Source of the DNA: Acutalibacteraceae bacterium
GTDB lineage: Bacteria > Bacillota > Clostridia > Oscillospirales > Acutalibacteraceae
Direction: 5' to 3'
Length of the DNA: 64,000 nt
Assembly: GCA_045542715.1 (NCBI GenBank)
Contig: JAZQLN010000013.1
Span: forward strand, 54,363-118,362
The notes under the pieces are model-generated. The model had not been told where the DNA came from and did not search any database. It was given only the letters and a program-made list of their open reading frames with translations. A program made the translations under genes and the position numbers. This document shows, in pieces, positions 36,793 to 46,130 of this stretch (position 1 is its first letter; every line of letters begins with the position of its first letter).

Positions 36793-37233
36793 TTATATTT
36801 TGATTTTGAAAACTGCCTTCTTGATTTTGTCTGAGCCTGTTTTTATGCCGGGTTTGTGAGTATCGGCAGGAGCAAGGAAAGCAAATGTGCCTTCGGTAAG
36901 CGCAACTCTTGTTGCCGCCGCTGTCTGCTCTGTGAAGAACTCCACATCGGGCTTATAGCCTGTTGAATTTCTTACAAAGTCAATGGGAAGAACATCGATT
37001 GCTTCTTCTCCGCAGATAGCATACTGCAAATCGTTATATTCACGGTGAGCCTCAAAATCTCCGCCTGTGCCGGGCTCGTATTCATCGATGCCCACCTTAA
37101 CGCCCTCTGCAACATCATAGCTGCCGCATTCCATTGCCTTCATGTCGTTTTCGGCAATGAATTTTGCAATTGCTTCAAGCTTTTCATTGATTCCGAAATA
37201 AAGGTTAAGATTTTCAATCTTGTCGTAAATCAT
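36793..37233 (-). CDS. YhcH/YjgK/YiaL (NanQ/TabA-like) family protein
   Basis: FEAHREY.DLQY.I.G.E, F.P.DTHKPG. Confidence 0.85.
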   Translation of the reverse strand: MIYDKIENLNLYFGINEKLEAIAKFIAENDMKAMECGSYDVAEGVKVGIDEYEPGTGGDFEAHREYNDLQYAICGEEAIDVLPIDFVRNSTGYKPDVEFFTEQTAAATRVALTEGTFAFLAPADTHKPGIKTGSDKIKKAVFKIKI

Positions 37234-37868
37234 TTTTTGCTCTCCTTTTTATAAAAAAGATACGACCCGATAAAGGGTACTGCAACCATTATAACAAAAA
37301 GTAAAAGAGAAAGCCATACCCAATTTAAAAAAGCTGTTAAAATAAGAATAATTCCGATGATTACCCATACTTTACCTGCCAGACGGTGGGTATAATTCCA
37401 GTTTTCAATGCTGTTGAGAGTCCAGGGAATTTTTATTCCGATTGTATAATTCTGCTTGCATTTCGGCAGATAATTTCCGATAACAATGAAGAAAAATCCA
37501 AAGAAAATAACCATTGCCGTACCAACATTGAACTCGCCGCCAAGCGCGTAAGCATAGATTACTCCGCTGACAAGAAGAGTGATAGCAGGAATTATCCACA
37601 GCACAAGATTCATTGATTTTGCAGTGATGTTCTGCTTTTTCGGGTCAACCGAAGTAACCGCCATGCAAATCCATTGCAATGCAAGCATAAACAAAGGCAT
37701 TGCGAAAACTGCCATTGCTCTGCTTCCGTAGTCATCGGCTACCCCCTGTGCATTGAAATGAATGGGCACTCTTTCGGGTAGCTTATCCCATAAAATCAAC
37801 CCTGCAACAATCGGAAGCAGAATAATAATTGATGTTAAAATCATCGTTTTCAAGTTCTTTTTAATCAT
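37230..37868 (-). CDS. SdpI/YhfL family immunity-like membrane protein (DUF1648 + SdpI)
   Basis: LPERVPIHFN..G.AD, GNYLPK.KQNYTIGIKIPWTL....W..THR..G. Confidence 0.85.
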   Translation of the reverse strand: MIKKNLKTMILTSIIILLPIVAGLILWDKLPERVPIHFNAQGVADDYGSRAMAVFAMPLFMLALQWICMAVTSVDPKKQNITAKSMNLVLWIIPAITLLVSGVIYAYALGGEFNVGTAMVIFFGFFFIVIGNYLPKCKQNYTIGIKIPWTLNSIENWNYTHRLAGKVWVIIGIILILTAFLNWVWLSLLLFVIMVAVPFIGSYLFYKKESKK

Positions 37869-38136
37869 TGGGTTTCTCTCCTTTCAGCTCGGATATCCAG
37901 AGCATGATTTCCTCCAGCACCGATGCATTCAGTTCGTAATAAATGAATTTTCCGTCACGCTCATCACGGATCAACTCCGCCTCCTTAAGCACAGAAAGAT
38001 GCCTTGAAACTGCGGCAAAGCTCACCGAAAAGCTATCCGATATTTCGCCTGCCGACATCCGTTTTTTCTTGAGCATATTCAGAATTTCTCTTCGTGTCGG
38101 ATCCGACAACGCTTTCAGAGTATCCTGCAAACTCAT
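37861..38136 (-). CDS. SdpR-like ArsR/SmtB family autorepressor
   Basis: LKALSDPTRREIL..L, SRHLSVLKEA.LI, G..IYYELN.SVLEE. Confidence 0.88.
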   Translation of the reverse strand: MSLQDTLKALSDPTRREILNMLKKKRMSAGEISDSFSVSFAAVSRHLSVLKEAELIRDERDGKFIYYELNASVLEEIMLWISELKGEKPND

Positions 38137-38158
38137 ATCATCACCTCCAAGTCATTTA

Positions 38159-38211
38159 ACATTTAACTTAATCGTTAAATGTATTCTAACACATTGTTAT
38201 TCACTTGTCAA
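38159..38211 (-). promoter_or_regulatory. sdpR promoter with operator palindrome
   Basis: TTGACA(38211-38206)-17bp-TAGAAT(38188-38183). The adjacent perfect IR ACATTTAAC-N6-GTTAAATGT (38159-38182) covers +1. Confidence 0.75.
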
Positions 38212-38274
38212 TGATGTTGACACAAATTTTTTTGTGTGATAAAATTTTCTTATTAAGCCGAAGGGAGAATAATA

Positions 38275-39684
38275 ATGATAAAAAGCTTTATATGTGTTGT
38301 ATTAGCGGCAATTCACACATTCTTTTTCACCAATTTTTCAGGCGATAAAATCCAGAATATAGGGGTAAATCAATACGTTGAGCATCAGACTTTTGAGGGC
38401 TTCGGCACAAGCTCATGCTGGTGGTCGCAGACTATTGACAACGAAGAAACCGCACGCGAAATCGCAAGGCTGCTCTATGATGACAAAACGGGATTGGGTC
38501 TTGACATTTACCGCTACAACATCGGCGGCGGAGAAAAAGAAAATCCCGTCTGCCGCATATGGGATGTAAACAGACGCACAGAAAGCTTTTATGTTCTGAA
38601 CGAGGAAACCGGCGAATATGAATTTGACTTCACCCGTGACGCAAACGCACGCAGAATGCTTGATATGGCTATAGAATACGGTGCAAAGGAAGTTATTCTT
38701 TTCTGCAACAGTCCCCATTTTTCAATGACCGCAAGCGGCCATGCATCGGGCGGACTGACGGAGTATGCATCCAATCTTCCTAAAGAAAACTATCAGAAAT
38801 TCGTGGATTACGTGCTCACAATTGCCGACTGGTTTGTTGCTCAGGGTTATCCCGTTTCCGCAATTTCTCCCATCAACGAGCCACAATGGTCATGGGGCGG
38901 TGACTGGGTCGGTCAGGAAGGCTGTCATTACACAGCCGAGGAAACCGTTGAGGTGTTTGAGCTTTTTGCCAAAGAAATGAAAAAACGCAATTCTCCCTAT
39001 AAGCTCAGCGGTCCGGAAAGCGGTCAGATGTCGCCCGAATACCATGAATATATCGACAAATTCTTTGCAAACGAAACAATCAATGAATTCTGCGACACCT
39101 TCAGCGGTCACAGTTATTGGCTTGATAACAACACATGGGTAAAATCCGAAACAGGAAAAAAAATTGCAGAAGAATATCCCGATAAAAAATTCGAAATGAG
39201 CGAATGGTGCGAGCTTCCGCTGACAATCGATTCAAAAACAACAGACAGCGGTCTTTACATGGCAAACATCATTGTTCAGGACCTTAATCTGTTCAATGCG
39301 GTATCATGGCAGAGCTGGACCGCAGTCAACGGCGACGGACTTATGGAAATCATCAACGGCGTGCTTGTTATCTATAACAGATATTACGCATACAAGCATT
39401 TCAGCGGCTTCATCATGCCGGGCATGAAGAGAATCGATGTCATGGACAGCCTTGAGGGTGAAAGTAAACTCGCTTCAACCGCATTCACAGACGGAGAAAA
39501 AACCGTTATCGTTCTTGTGAACAATGCAGAAGAACCGCAGGATATCAAGCTTTGGGGCATTCACAAAAGCATGGAAATATACACTACCGATGCAGAGCAC
39601 AATTGCGAAAACACTTATTCCGGCGAATATGTCCGCAAAAACACTCTTCCCGCAAAAAGCATAACAACAATCGTATTATACTGA
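38275..39684 (+). CDS. Glycoside hydrolase family 30 (endo-beta-1,6-galactanase-like branch), exported
   Basis: GFGTS.CWW, RYNIGGG, PINEPQW (acid/base), MSEW (nucleophile), C-terminal beta-sandwich. Confidence 0.8.
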   Translation: MIKSFICVVLAAIHTFFFTNFSGDKIQNIGVNQYVEHQTFEGFGTSSCWWSQTIDNEETAREIARLLYDDKTGLGLDIYRYNIGGGEKENPVCRIWDVNRRTESFYVLNEETGEYEFDFTRDANARRMLDMAIEYGAKEVILFCNSPHFSMTASGHASGGLTEYASNLPKENYQKFVDYVLTIADWFVAQGYPVSAISPINEPQWSWGGDWVGQEGCHYTAEETVEVFELFAKEMKKRNSPYKLSGPESGQMSPEYHEYIDKFFANETINEFCDTFSGHSYWLDNNTWVKSETGKKIAEEYPDKKFEMSEWCELPLTIDSKTTDSGLYMANIIVQDLNLFNAVSWQSWTAVNGDGLMEIINGVLVIYNRYYAYKHFSGFIMPGMKRIDVMDSLEGESKLASTAFTDGEKTVIVLVNNAEEPQDIKLWGIHKSMEIYTTDAEHNCENTYSGEYVRKNTLPAKSITTIVLY

Positions 39685-40395
39685 CAGAAACAGGCAGGTT
39701 AGACTTTGCTTGTAGTAAGGAACAACATAAAGTGCAGGCAAACCGGCTGCGCACAGCAGAAACCACGGAAGAAATCCGAGCTTGAAAAGCAATATGTCTC
39801 CGCAGATTCCCTGAGTCTTCCTTACGCTCTCTCTTATTGCATCGAACGGAGAAAAGTTTCTGTAGCAGGCAAGATAAAACATTGATTTTGAATATCTCTG
39901 AATAAAAACCGAATAAAACATAAAGCCGATTATCGCAAGGGCAGCTATTCCCGCAGAAAAAGCACAGACAGCCTTGACGCTTATCGGCTCTTTTTTTATC
40001 TGAAAATACAAAATAATTCCGCCGAGTACGGGCAGAATCTCAAAAACGCAGAACCAGAAAAGCTTCAATGCAAAAAGAACGGCATTGAGCGTTACCGATT
40101 TCAGCACACCCGAAACACCTATGCCCTTACCCTTGAAAATCCTGATGTTGCTTGCCAGCATGAGCATTCTTTTCTGAACAGTCAGACCGAGTGCACTTGA
40201 CAATACCGCCGATAAAATCAGCATCAAAACAGAAACAGCAAACAATACAGCGTTATTCAGATCAAGCTTATTCAGTATCGCTCCGCAAAAAGCAAAAATC
40301 CAAAAGACGGTTATCATAACCGCAACCGCCGGCACTACCCTGCCCTGAGATCCCGTCAATACGGATTTTGCGGAAAGCTTTATTCTTGCATTCAA
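39676..40395 (-). CDS. DUF975-like membrane protein
   Basis: K..AK..L start, S...T.G, GLP.LYV.PY pattern. Confidence 0.6.
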   Translation of the reverse strand: MNARIKLSAKSVLTGSQGRVVPAVAVMITVFWIFAFCGAILNKLDLNNAVLFAVSVLMLILSAVLSSALGLTVQKRMLMLASNIRIFKGKGIGVSGVLKSVTLNAVLFALKLFWFCVFEILPVLGGIILYFQIKKEPISVKAVCAFSAGIAALAIIGFMFYSVFIQRYSKSMFYLACYRNFSPFDAIRESVRKTQGICGDILLFKLGFLPWFLLCAAGLPALYVVPYYKQSLTCLFLSV

Positions 40396-40418
40396 AATAT
40401 CACCCGAAACAAAAAAAT

Positions 40419-40442
40419 TCCCGAAAGCCTGAGCCTTCGGGA
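40419..40442 (-). terminator. Hairpin terminator after the lipase gene
   Basis: TCCCGAA...TTCGGGA followed by a T run on the minus strand. Confidence 0.6.
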
Positions 40443-40472
40443 TTAGTTTTTTATATTATTGTTGTTTTATAC

Positions 40473-42023
40473 TCACAGACCAAAGATTGCTCTGCCTTTA
40501 TCGAATGCGGAGAAAAGCTTATCTGTCAAAGGAAGAACATACTTTTCAAGCTTGTTGTAGAGAGCGTCGCCCTCCTCGTATTCGGGAGCAACCGCACCAT
40601 CGGCAAAGTTACCCATGGGGATAACCCTGAGATTGGGCTTATCGTTCTGAAGGAACTGTGTATACATGGGATTTGTCCATACATCGTAGCATTCATCCGC
40701 ATACATAAACCAATAATACATTTCCATAATACCGTCATGCGCATTGGAATGGAGCATATCCTTGATGAACCAGGTGTTTTCGGGCAGAATGCAGGTTGAT
40801 GCATCGATTACGCCGTCGGGTGAAAGATGGTTATGGCCGCATTCTGTGCACTTCTGCTCATAATCCTCGCCGAGTGTTTCGCCAAGAAGAGCAACTGTTG
40901 CACCTGCCGATGCATACTGTGTATCAACGGTTGCGTCGCTGTTTGTGTGCATTGTTTCAACAAGAGGAGTTCTCTGAATATTGTAGCCTGCAACAATCAT
41001 AACACGAACGCCTGCATCCATTGCACCGTTAAGGATTTCATCTGCACGGCTCTGAATCTGATAATGATAATAGTCAGCCTTTTCAATCAGACCTGCCTGA
41101 GTTTCGGGGTCAAGATTGATTTCCTTTGCTTCTTCATATGAGCAATCGGGTACGAATGCCCAGAGTCCGAGAAGAGTGCCGAAAACGGGAGTCATAAGCT
41201 CATCAAAAACTCTTTCCTGCTGGCTTTCAAGAATGATTTCGCCTGCAAAAAGAACAACATCAACAAGTCCGCTGTAATAAAGAGTGTTGAAAAGAGTCCA
41301 GAGAAGGATGCTTTCGGCATCAAAGGGAGGATATCCGTCTGTTGCATAGTCAAGGAGTGCCCTTGCATCGAGAGCAAGCTTTCTTGTGAGAAGGTCGCCT
41401 GCTACGGCTGTACCGAGAAGAGGACAGCTCTGGAAAATGCAGGCATCAACAGCGTCATAGCCGTATTCGTTGAAATATGCAAGTGTTACAACACCGCCCA
41501 TTGACGATGCACGGAAATGAACCTTGTCATGGCCGGTAAGAGCCATGATGTGCTTGACAAATTCATCAAGCTGACCTGCAACCTCAACGGGGTCAAGTCT
41601 CCAGTCATAATGGAAATAATACTGATTGCCTTTGCTGTGGTCGGTTTCTGTGGGTAGGTCGATTTTAACGGTTACGTTTTCAAGCGAATTTCCGTTGCCG
41701 TCAAGAGCCATTGCACCGAATGCATCGCCGACTGCCTCAATGAGAGCATCGCCGAGATGGTCAAGGTTCATTGTGAAGCCCACTTTAACAAGTGAGGGAA
41801 GGACCTTGAGAACAATCTGAATAATCGATTCGGTTGAAGGTCTGAAAAGGGTTCTTTCATTCTCGGTATCGGCATTCTCGTAGATATCGGTATTACCGAG
41901 AGGGCCGACATAGATTACGGGCAGTTCGCCGCAGTTGCATTTTCCGCTTGCTGCCGATGCGGCAGGCATCATCATGCAGAAAAGCATAACGACTGAAAGT
42001 ACCGTTGCTGTTATCTTTTTCAC
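40473..42023 (-). CDS. Secreted LCAT/PLA2G15-like alpha/beta hydrolase (lipase/acyltransferase)
   Basis: SPI signal, YDWR, nucleophile elbow ASSMGG, P.LG, distal DATV and H. GTG start after AAAGGA. Confidence 0.7.
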   Translation of the reverse strand: MKKITATVLSVVMLFCMMMPAASAASGKCNCGELPVIYVGPLGNTDIYENADTENERTLFRPSTESIIQIVLKVLPSLVKVGFTMNLDHLGDALIEAVGDAFGAMALDGNGNSLENVTVKIDLPTETDHSKGNQYYFHYDWRLDPVEVAGQLDEFVKHIMALTGHDKVHFRASSMGGVVTLAYFNEYGYDAVDACIFQSCPLLGTAVAGDLLTRKLALDARALLDYATDGYPPFDAESILLWTLFNTLYYSGLVDVVLFAGEIILESQQERVFDELMTPVFGTLLGLWAFVPDCSYEEAKEINLDPETQAGLIEKADYYHYQIQSRADEILNGAMDAGVRVMIVAGYNIQRTPLVETMHTNSDATVDTQYASAGATVALLGETLGEDYEQKCTECGHNHLSPDGVIDASTCILPENTWFIKDMLHSNAHDGIMEMYYWFMYADECYDVWTNPMYTQFLQNDKPNLRVIPMGNFADGAVAPEYEEGDALYNKLEKYVLPLTDKLFSAFDKGRAIFGL

Positions 42024-42184
42024 GTAAATCATCCTTTCGGAATTTTATACGGTATATTTTAACATACGTTATAGAAATAAACAATATATTTTAAAATATT
42101 TTTGCTAAATTTTACTTATATATTGAAAAAATACACACGACTGTGTTACAATATCCAAAATATAAAATTGTCAGGGTGAATGAG

Positions 42185-43627
42185 TTGAATCAGACAGAAA
42201 AGAAACAGGAAGGTCTTGCGATAAACAAAAAGACGGTAATCATGATTTGTGTTATCCTTGCGGCTGTTATGGCTTTCGCGGGAGTGCTAACACAGGTATT
42301 GCCCAGAGGTGTTTACGAGACCGATGCCAACGGAACAATCATCAACGGCACATATACCGAAATCGAGGATAAGCTCCCGATATGGAAAATAATCCTTTCT
42401 CCCATTCTCGTTTTCGGAACGGAAACCGCATTGACGGGTGTCGGAATAATTCTGATAATCACTCTTATCGGCGGCACATTCCTCATTCTCGATAAATGCA
42501 GCGTTCTGAAATACATAATGGCAGTTATCATCCGCAAATTCGGCGATAAAAAATATCTGCTGATGAACCTTATGATTCTTGCCTGTATGTTTTTAAGCTC
42601 AACGGCAGGCATTCTTGAAGAATCCGTTACACTTGTCCCCATTGCGGTTGCGATTTCCCTCGCTCTCGGCTGGGACTCCTTTGTGGGACTCGGCATGAGT
42701 CTTATAGCAGTTGCCTTCGGCTTCACTGCCGCAACCTTCAACCCGTTCAACGTTGCAACCGTTCAGAGAATGGCTGAAATTCCCGTTTTCTCGGGCACAC
42801 TTTTCAGAATTCTTGTTTTCATTGTTGTTTATGCCGTTCTCGCAGGATTTCTCACCGTTTACGCAAAGAAAATCGAAAAAAATCCGCAGAAATCCCTCTG
42901 CTACGAAACAGACCTTGCTCTGCGTGAAAAATACAGTCTCGACGACAGCATGGCTGTGCTTTCGGACCCTAAAATCAAGAAAGCCTCCAAAGCGTTTCTC
43001 ATCTGTCTTTCCTGCGTAATTATCACAATAATCACAGATTTCATCACGGGTGCGGAAGGCGGAATTTCTCTTCCCGGCATGGCAATTCTTTTCTTCACGG
43101 GCGGTATGCTTGCAGGCAAATTTTCGGGAATGAAGGGCAAAGAGCTTGCAAAAAGCTTCGGCGAAGGAATCAAAACCATCGCTCCCATCGTACCCATTAT
43201 CGTTATCATCCTTTCAATCACATATATTCTTGATCAGGGTAACATAATCCCCACAATTCTCAATTTTGTTTATAACCTTATCAGCGGTGTCAGCCCCTAT
43301 GCGGCAATTCTGATGCTGTTCCTGTTTATTGTTATTCTTGAATTCTTTGTGGGAAGCGGCACTGCAAAAGCATTCCTTGTCATGCCCATCGTTCTCCCCC
43401 TTGCCGATATGGTAAACGTTACCCGCCAGAGCGTTACTCTCGCATTCTGCCTCGGTGACGGCTTCACAAATCTTCTCTATCCCACAAGCGGAATAATGAT
43501 TGTTGCCATAGGTCTTGTCAATATCTCATACGGCAAATGGCTCAAATTCTCATGGAAGCTCTTCGCTCTTGAAGGCATCGTTTCCGTTGCACTCATGCTT
43601 ATTGCAATCGCTATCAATTACTCATAA
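42185..43627 (+). CDS. YfcC/DcuC-like (IT superfamily) transporter
   Basis: Polytopic; G..EE, NPF.V...Q..A.IP.FSG...R, SGTAKA...MP, GDG.TN..YPT. Confidence 0.8.
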   Translation: MNQTEKKQEGLAINKKTVIMICVILAAVMAFAGVLTQVLPRGVYETDANGTIINGTYTEIEDKLPIWKIILSPILVFGTETALTGVGIILIITLIGGTFLILDKCSVLKYIMAVIIRKFGDKKYLLMNLMILACMFLSSTAGILEESVTLVPIAVAISLALGWDSFVGLGMSLIAVAFGFTAATFNPFNVATVQRMAEIPVFSGTLFRILVFIVVYAVLAGFLTVYAKKIEKNPQKSLCYETDLALREKYSLDDSMAVLSDPKIKKASKAFLICLSCVIITIITDFITGAEGGISLPGMAILFFTGGMLAGKFSGMKGKELAKSFGEGIKTIAPIVPIIVIILSITYILDQGNIIPTILNFVYNLISGVSPYAAILMLFLFIVILEFFVGSGTAKAFLVMPIVLPLADMVNVTRQSVTLAFCLGDGFTNLLYPTSGIMIVAIGLVNISYGKWLKFSWKLFALEGIVSVALMLIAIAINYS

Positions 43628-43638
43628 GGTGATAAAAT

Positions 43639-44772
43639 ATGAAACTCAAATTCAAAGACGGTAAGTTCAAAATTCTTCTCTTCGGCGATATCCATGAGCA
43701 TACCGACTACAAAACCAATCCCAAATTCAAGGATATGCAGAAGCTCATGGTTGCGGCACTTGATGAATATAAACCCGATTTATGCGTTCTTCTCGGCGAT
43801 AACTGCAACACGGGCTGTATTGTTGATAACCCCGGACTTTTTGAAGAGATGCTCCGTGCGGTCATCGCTCCCATAACAGACAGAAAAATCCCCGTTGCGG
43901 CTGTGCTCGGAAATCATGAGCACGACCACGGCCATGAGGATGAAATCGTTAAGATTTATGAAAAAATCGATTATTGCTTAACACGAAACGATGCTCCCGA
44001 CGAAATCACGGGCAACGCAAACTTCAAGGAGCTTATTTATTCCTCCGACGGAGAAACTCCCGTTTTCTGTCTGTGGTTCATCGATTCGAACAACTGCCAC
44101 GAAGACAGATCGATTTCCCACTACGATTATGTTCACACAGACCAGATTGAATGGTTTGAGGAAGAATGTGCAAAGCTCAAAGAACTCAACGGTGGCAAGC
44201 CCATGCCATCATTTATCTTCCAGCACACTCCCGTTCCCGAAGAATACAATCTCCTCAGAAAAGCAAAGTTCTGGGAGCTTCCCGTTGCCGTCAGAGGCTA
44301 TAACACAAAAAGGGAAACATGGTATGTGGGCAAAGACGGAGTTGCGGATGTTGTGGGCGAAGGTCCCTGCTCTCCCGATGTCAACAACGGTCAGTTTGAG
44401 AGCTGGAAAAAGGTCGGCGGAATACTCGGTGCATTCTTCGGTCACGACCATCTCAACGATTTTTCGGGCCGGACAGACGGAATATTCCTCGCTCAGCACA
44501 GAACTGCAGGGTTCAGAGCATACACAGACGGCTGCAGAAGCTGTGTAAGACTTGTTACCATTGATGAAGAAAATCCCGAGAAGTTCACTCATGAACTCAA
44601 ACGTTTCAAGCAGTTCGGTCTCAAAAGTGAAAGTCTGGGACCGATTCTCAGGAACTTCACCGACAGACAAAGCCTGTTCATGCATATTGCAGGATATGCG
44701 GCAGGCGGTATTGCAGGCGTAACGGCAATCGGATTTTTAATAAAATATCTTCTTGAAAGATTCGGAGGTTAA
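43639..44772 (+). CDS. Calcineurin-like metallophosphoesterase (PAP/DCR2-like) with C-terminal TM
   Basis: GDIH, LGDN, GNHEH, FQH, FFGHDH.N motifs. Confidence 0.85.
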   Translation: MKLKFKDGKFKILLFGDIHEHTDYKTNPKFKDMQKLMVAALDEYKPDLCVLLGDNCNTGCIVDNPGLFEEMLRAVIAPITDRKIPVAAVLGNHEHDHGHEDEIVKIYEKIDYCLTRNDAPDEITGNANFKELIYSSDGETPVFCLWFIDSNNCHEDRSISHYDYVHTDQIEWFEEECAKLKELNGGKPMPSFIFQHTPVPEEYNLLRKAKFWELPVAVRGYNTKRETWYVGKDGVADVVGEGPCSPDVNNGQFESWKKVGGILGAFFGHDHLNDFSGRTDGIFLAQHRTAGFRAYTDGCRSCVRLVTIDEENPEKFTHELKRFKQFGLKSESLGPILRNFTDRQSLFMHIAGYAAGGIAGVTAIGFLIKYLLERFGG

Positions 44773-44775
44773 ACC

Positions 44776-46104
44776 ATGGAAAACAAAGGTAAACTCAGCA
44801 AATCACTTATACTCAACATCATTCTTTTCGGCTTTATGGGTCAGGTTGCATGGGCAGTTGAAAACAACTTCTTCAACCTTTTCCTCTTCAACGAAATCGG
44901 CGGTAACTCAACCGATATTTCAAACATGGTTGCCGCAAGCTCGGTTGTTGCCGTTCTTACTACCCTTTTTATGGGCAGCCTCAGCGACAAAATCAATAAA
45001 AGAAAAATCTTCATCTGTGCAGGCTACGTCATCTGGGGTGTAACGGTTATGGCTTTTGCCCTCATATCCCCCGAAAACGTTGCCAAGGTTATGGGTACAA
45101 CTCCCGCAGCCGCAGTCAGCACAACCGTTATTCTTGTTATCATCATGGACTGTCTGATGACCTTCATGGGTTCAACCAGCAACGACGCCGCCTTCAACGC
45201 ATGGATTACCGATATCACGGCACCCTCAAACAGAGCCAAGGTTGAATCTCTCCTCGCTCTTCTTCCCGTTATTGCCATGGTCGTTGTTACAGCCGCTTTC
45301 GGTTCGCTTTCGGGTAAATTCGGCTATCCTGCTTGTTTCGTAGGTCTCGGACTTATCGTTACTCTTTGCGGTGTGGTCGGCATTTTCTCAATCAAAGAAT
45401 CAAGAAACGGTGTTCAGTCAAACGTAAGCTTCATTGAATGCCTTACCTACGGTTTCAGACCTTCGGTTATAAAGAACAACAAGGGTCTTTACATTTCTCT
45501 TATCTGCTCAGGCATTTTCTCAATCGCAAGCCAGATATTCTTCCCTTATCTTTTCATATATGTTGACCACTACATCGATATGTCAACTCTTGAGCTGACC
45601 GTGCCCAAGATTATTCTTGCTGTTGTTGTTATAATCGGTTCGGTTGCAGCACTCATCTCAATCATTATTCTCAGCGACAAAAAAGGAAAAGCTCCTTTCC
45701 TTTATCCTTCAGCAGCATTCTTTATCATCGGTCTTGTTCTTGTTTATTTTGCAGACAAGAACATCATCTGGTTTGCTCTTTCGGCAATCATTGCAATCGT
45801 TGGCTACGGACTTCTCATGATTATGCTCAACGCTGCTATCCGTGACTTCACCCCCGAAGATAAAGCAGGTCAGCTTCAGGGCATCAGAATGATTTTCTAC
45901 GTTATGCTTCCTATGATTATCGGCCCCAGAATTGCGGCTAAAATCACAGATGTTTATGCAACAGCACAGTATGCAAACGATTACGGCGAACTTGTTAACA
46001 TTCCCGCACCTCACATCTATCTCGGCGCAGCAATAGCAGGCGCAACAATCGTTATTCCTCTGTTCTTCCTTGTTAAGGAATTCAAAAAGTCAGAGAGCAA
46101 ATAA
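44776..46104 (+). CDS. MFS transporter (sugar/GPH-like)
   Basis: About 12 TM; GSLSDK..KRK, ILSDKKGK. Confidence 0.85.
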   Translation: MENKGKLSKSLILNIILFGFMGQVAWAVENNFFNLFLFNEIGGNSTDISNMVAASSVVAVLTTLFMGSLSDKINKRKIFICAGYVIWGVTVMAFALISPENVAKVMGTTPAAAVSTTVILVIIMDCLMTFMGSTSNDAAFNAWITDITAPSNRAKVESLLALLPVIAMVVVTAAFGSLSGKFGYPACFVGLGLIVTLCGVVGIFSIKESRNGVQSNVSFIECLTYGFRPSVIKNNKGLYISLICSGIFSIASQIFFPYLFIYVDHYIDMSTLELTVPKIILAVVVIIGSVAALISIIILSDKKGKAPFLYPSAAFFIIGLVLVYFADKNIIWFALSAIIAIVGYGLLMIMLNAAIRDFTPEDKAGQLQGIRMIFYVMLPMIIGPRIAAKITDVYATAQYANDYGELVNIPAPHIYLGAAIAGATIVIPLFFLVKEFKKSESK

Positions 46105-46130
46105 TCTCAGTCAGAAGAAGGTATATTTTA

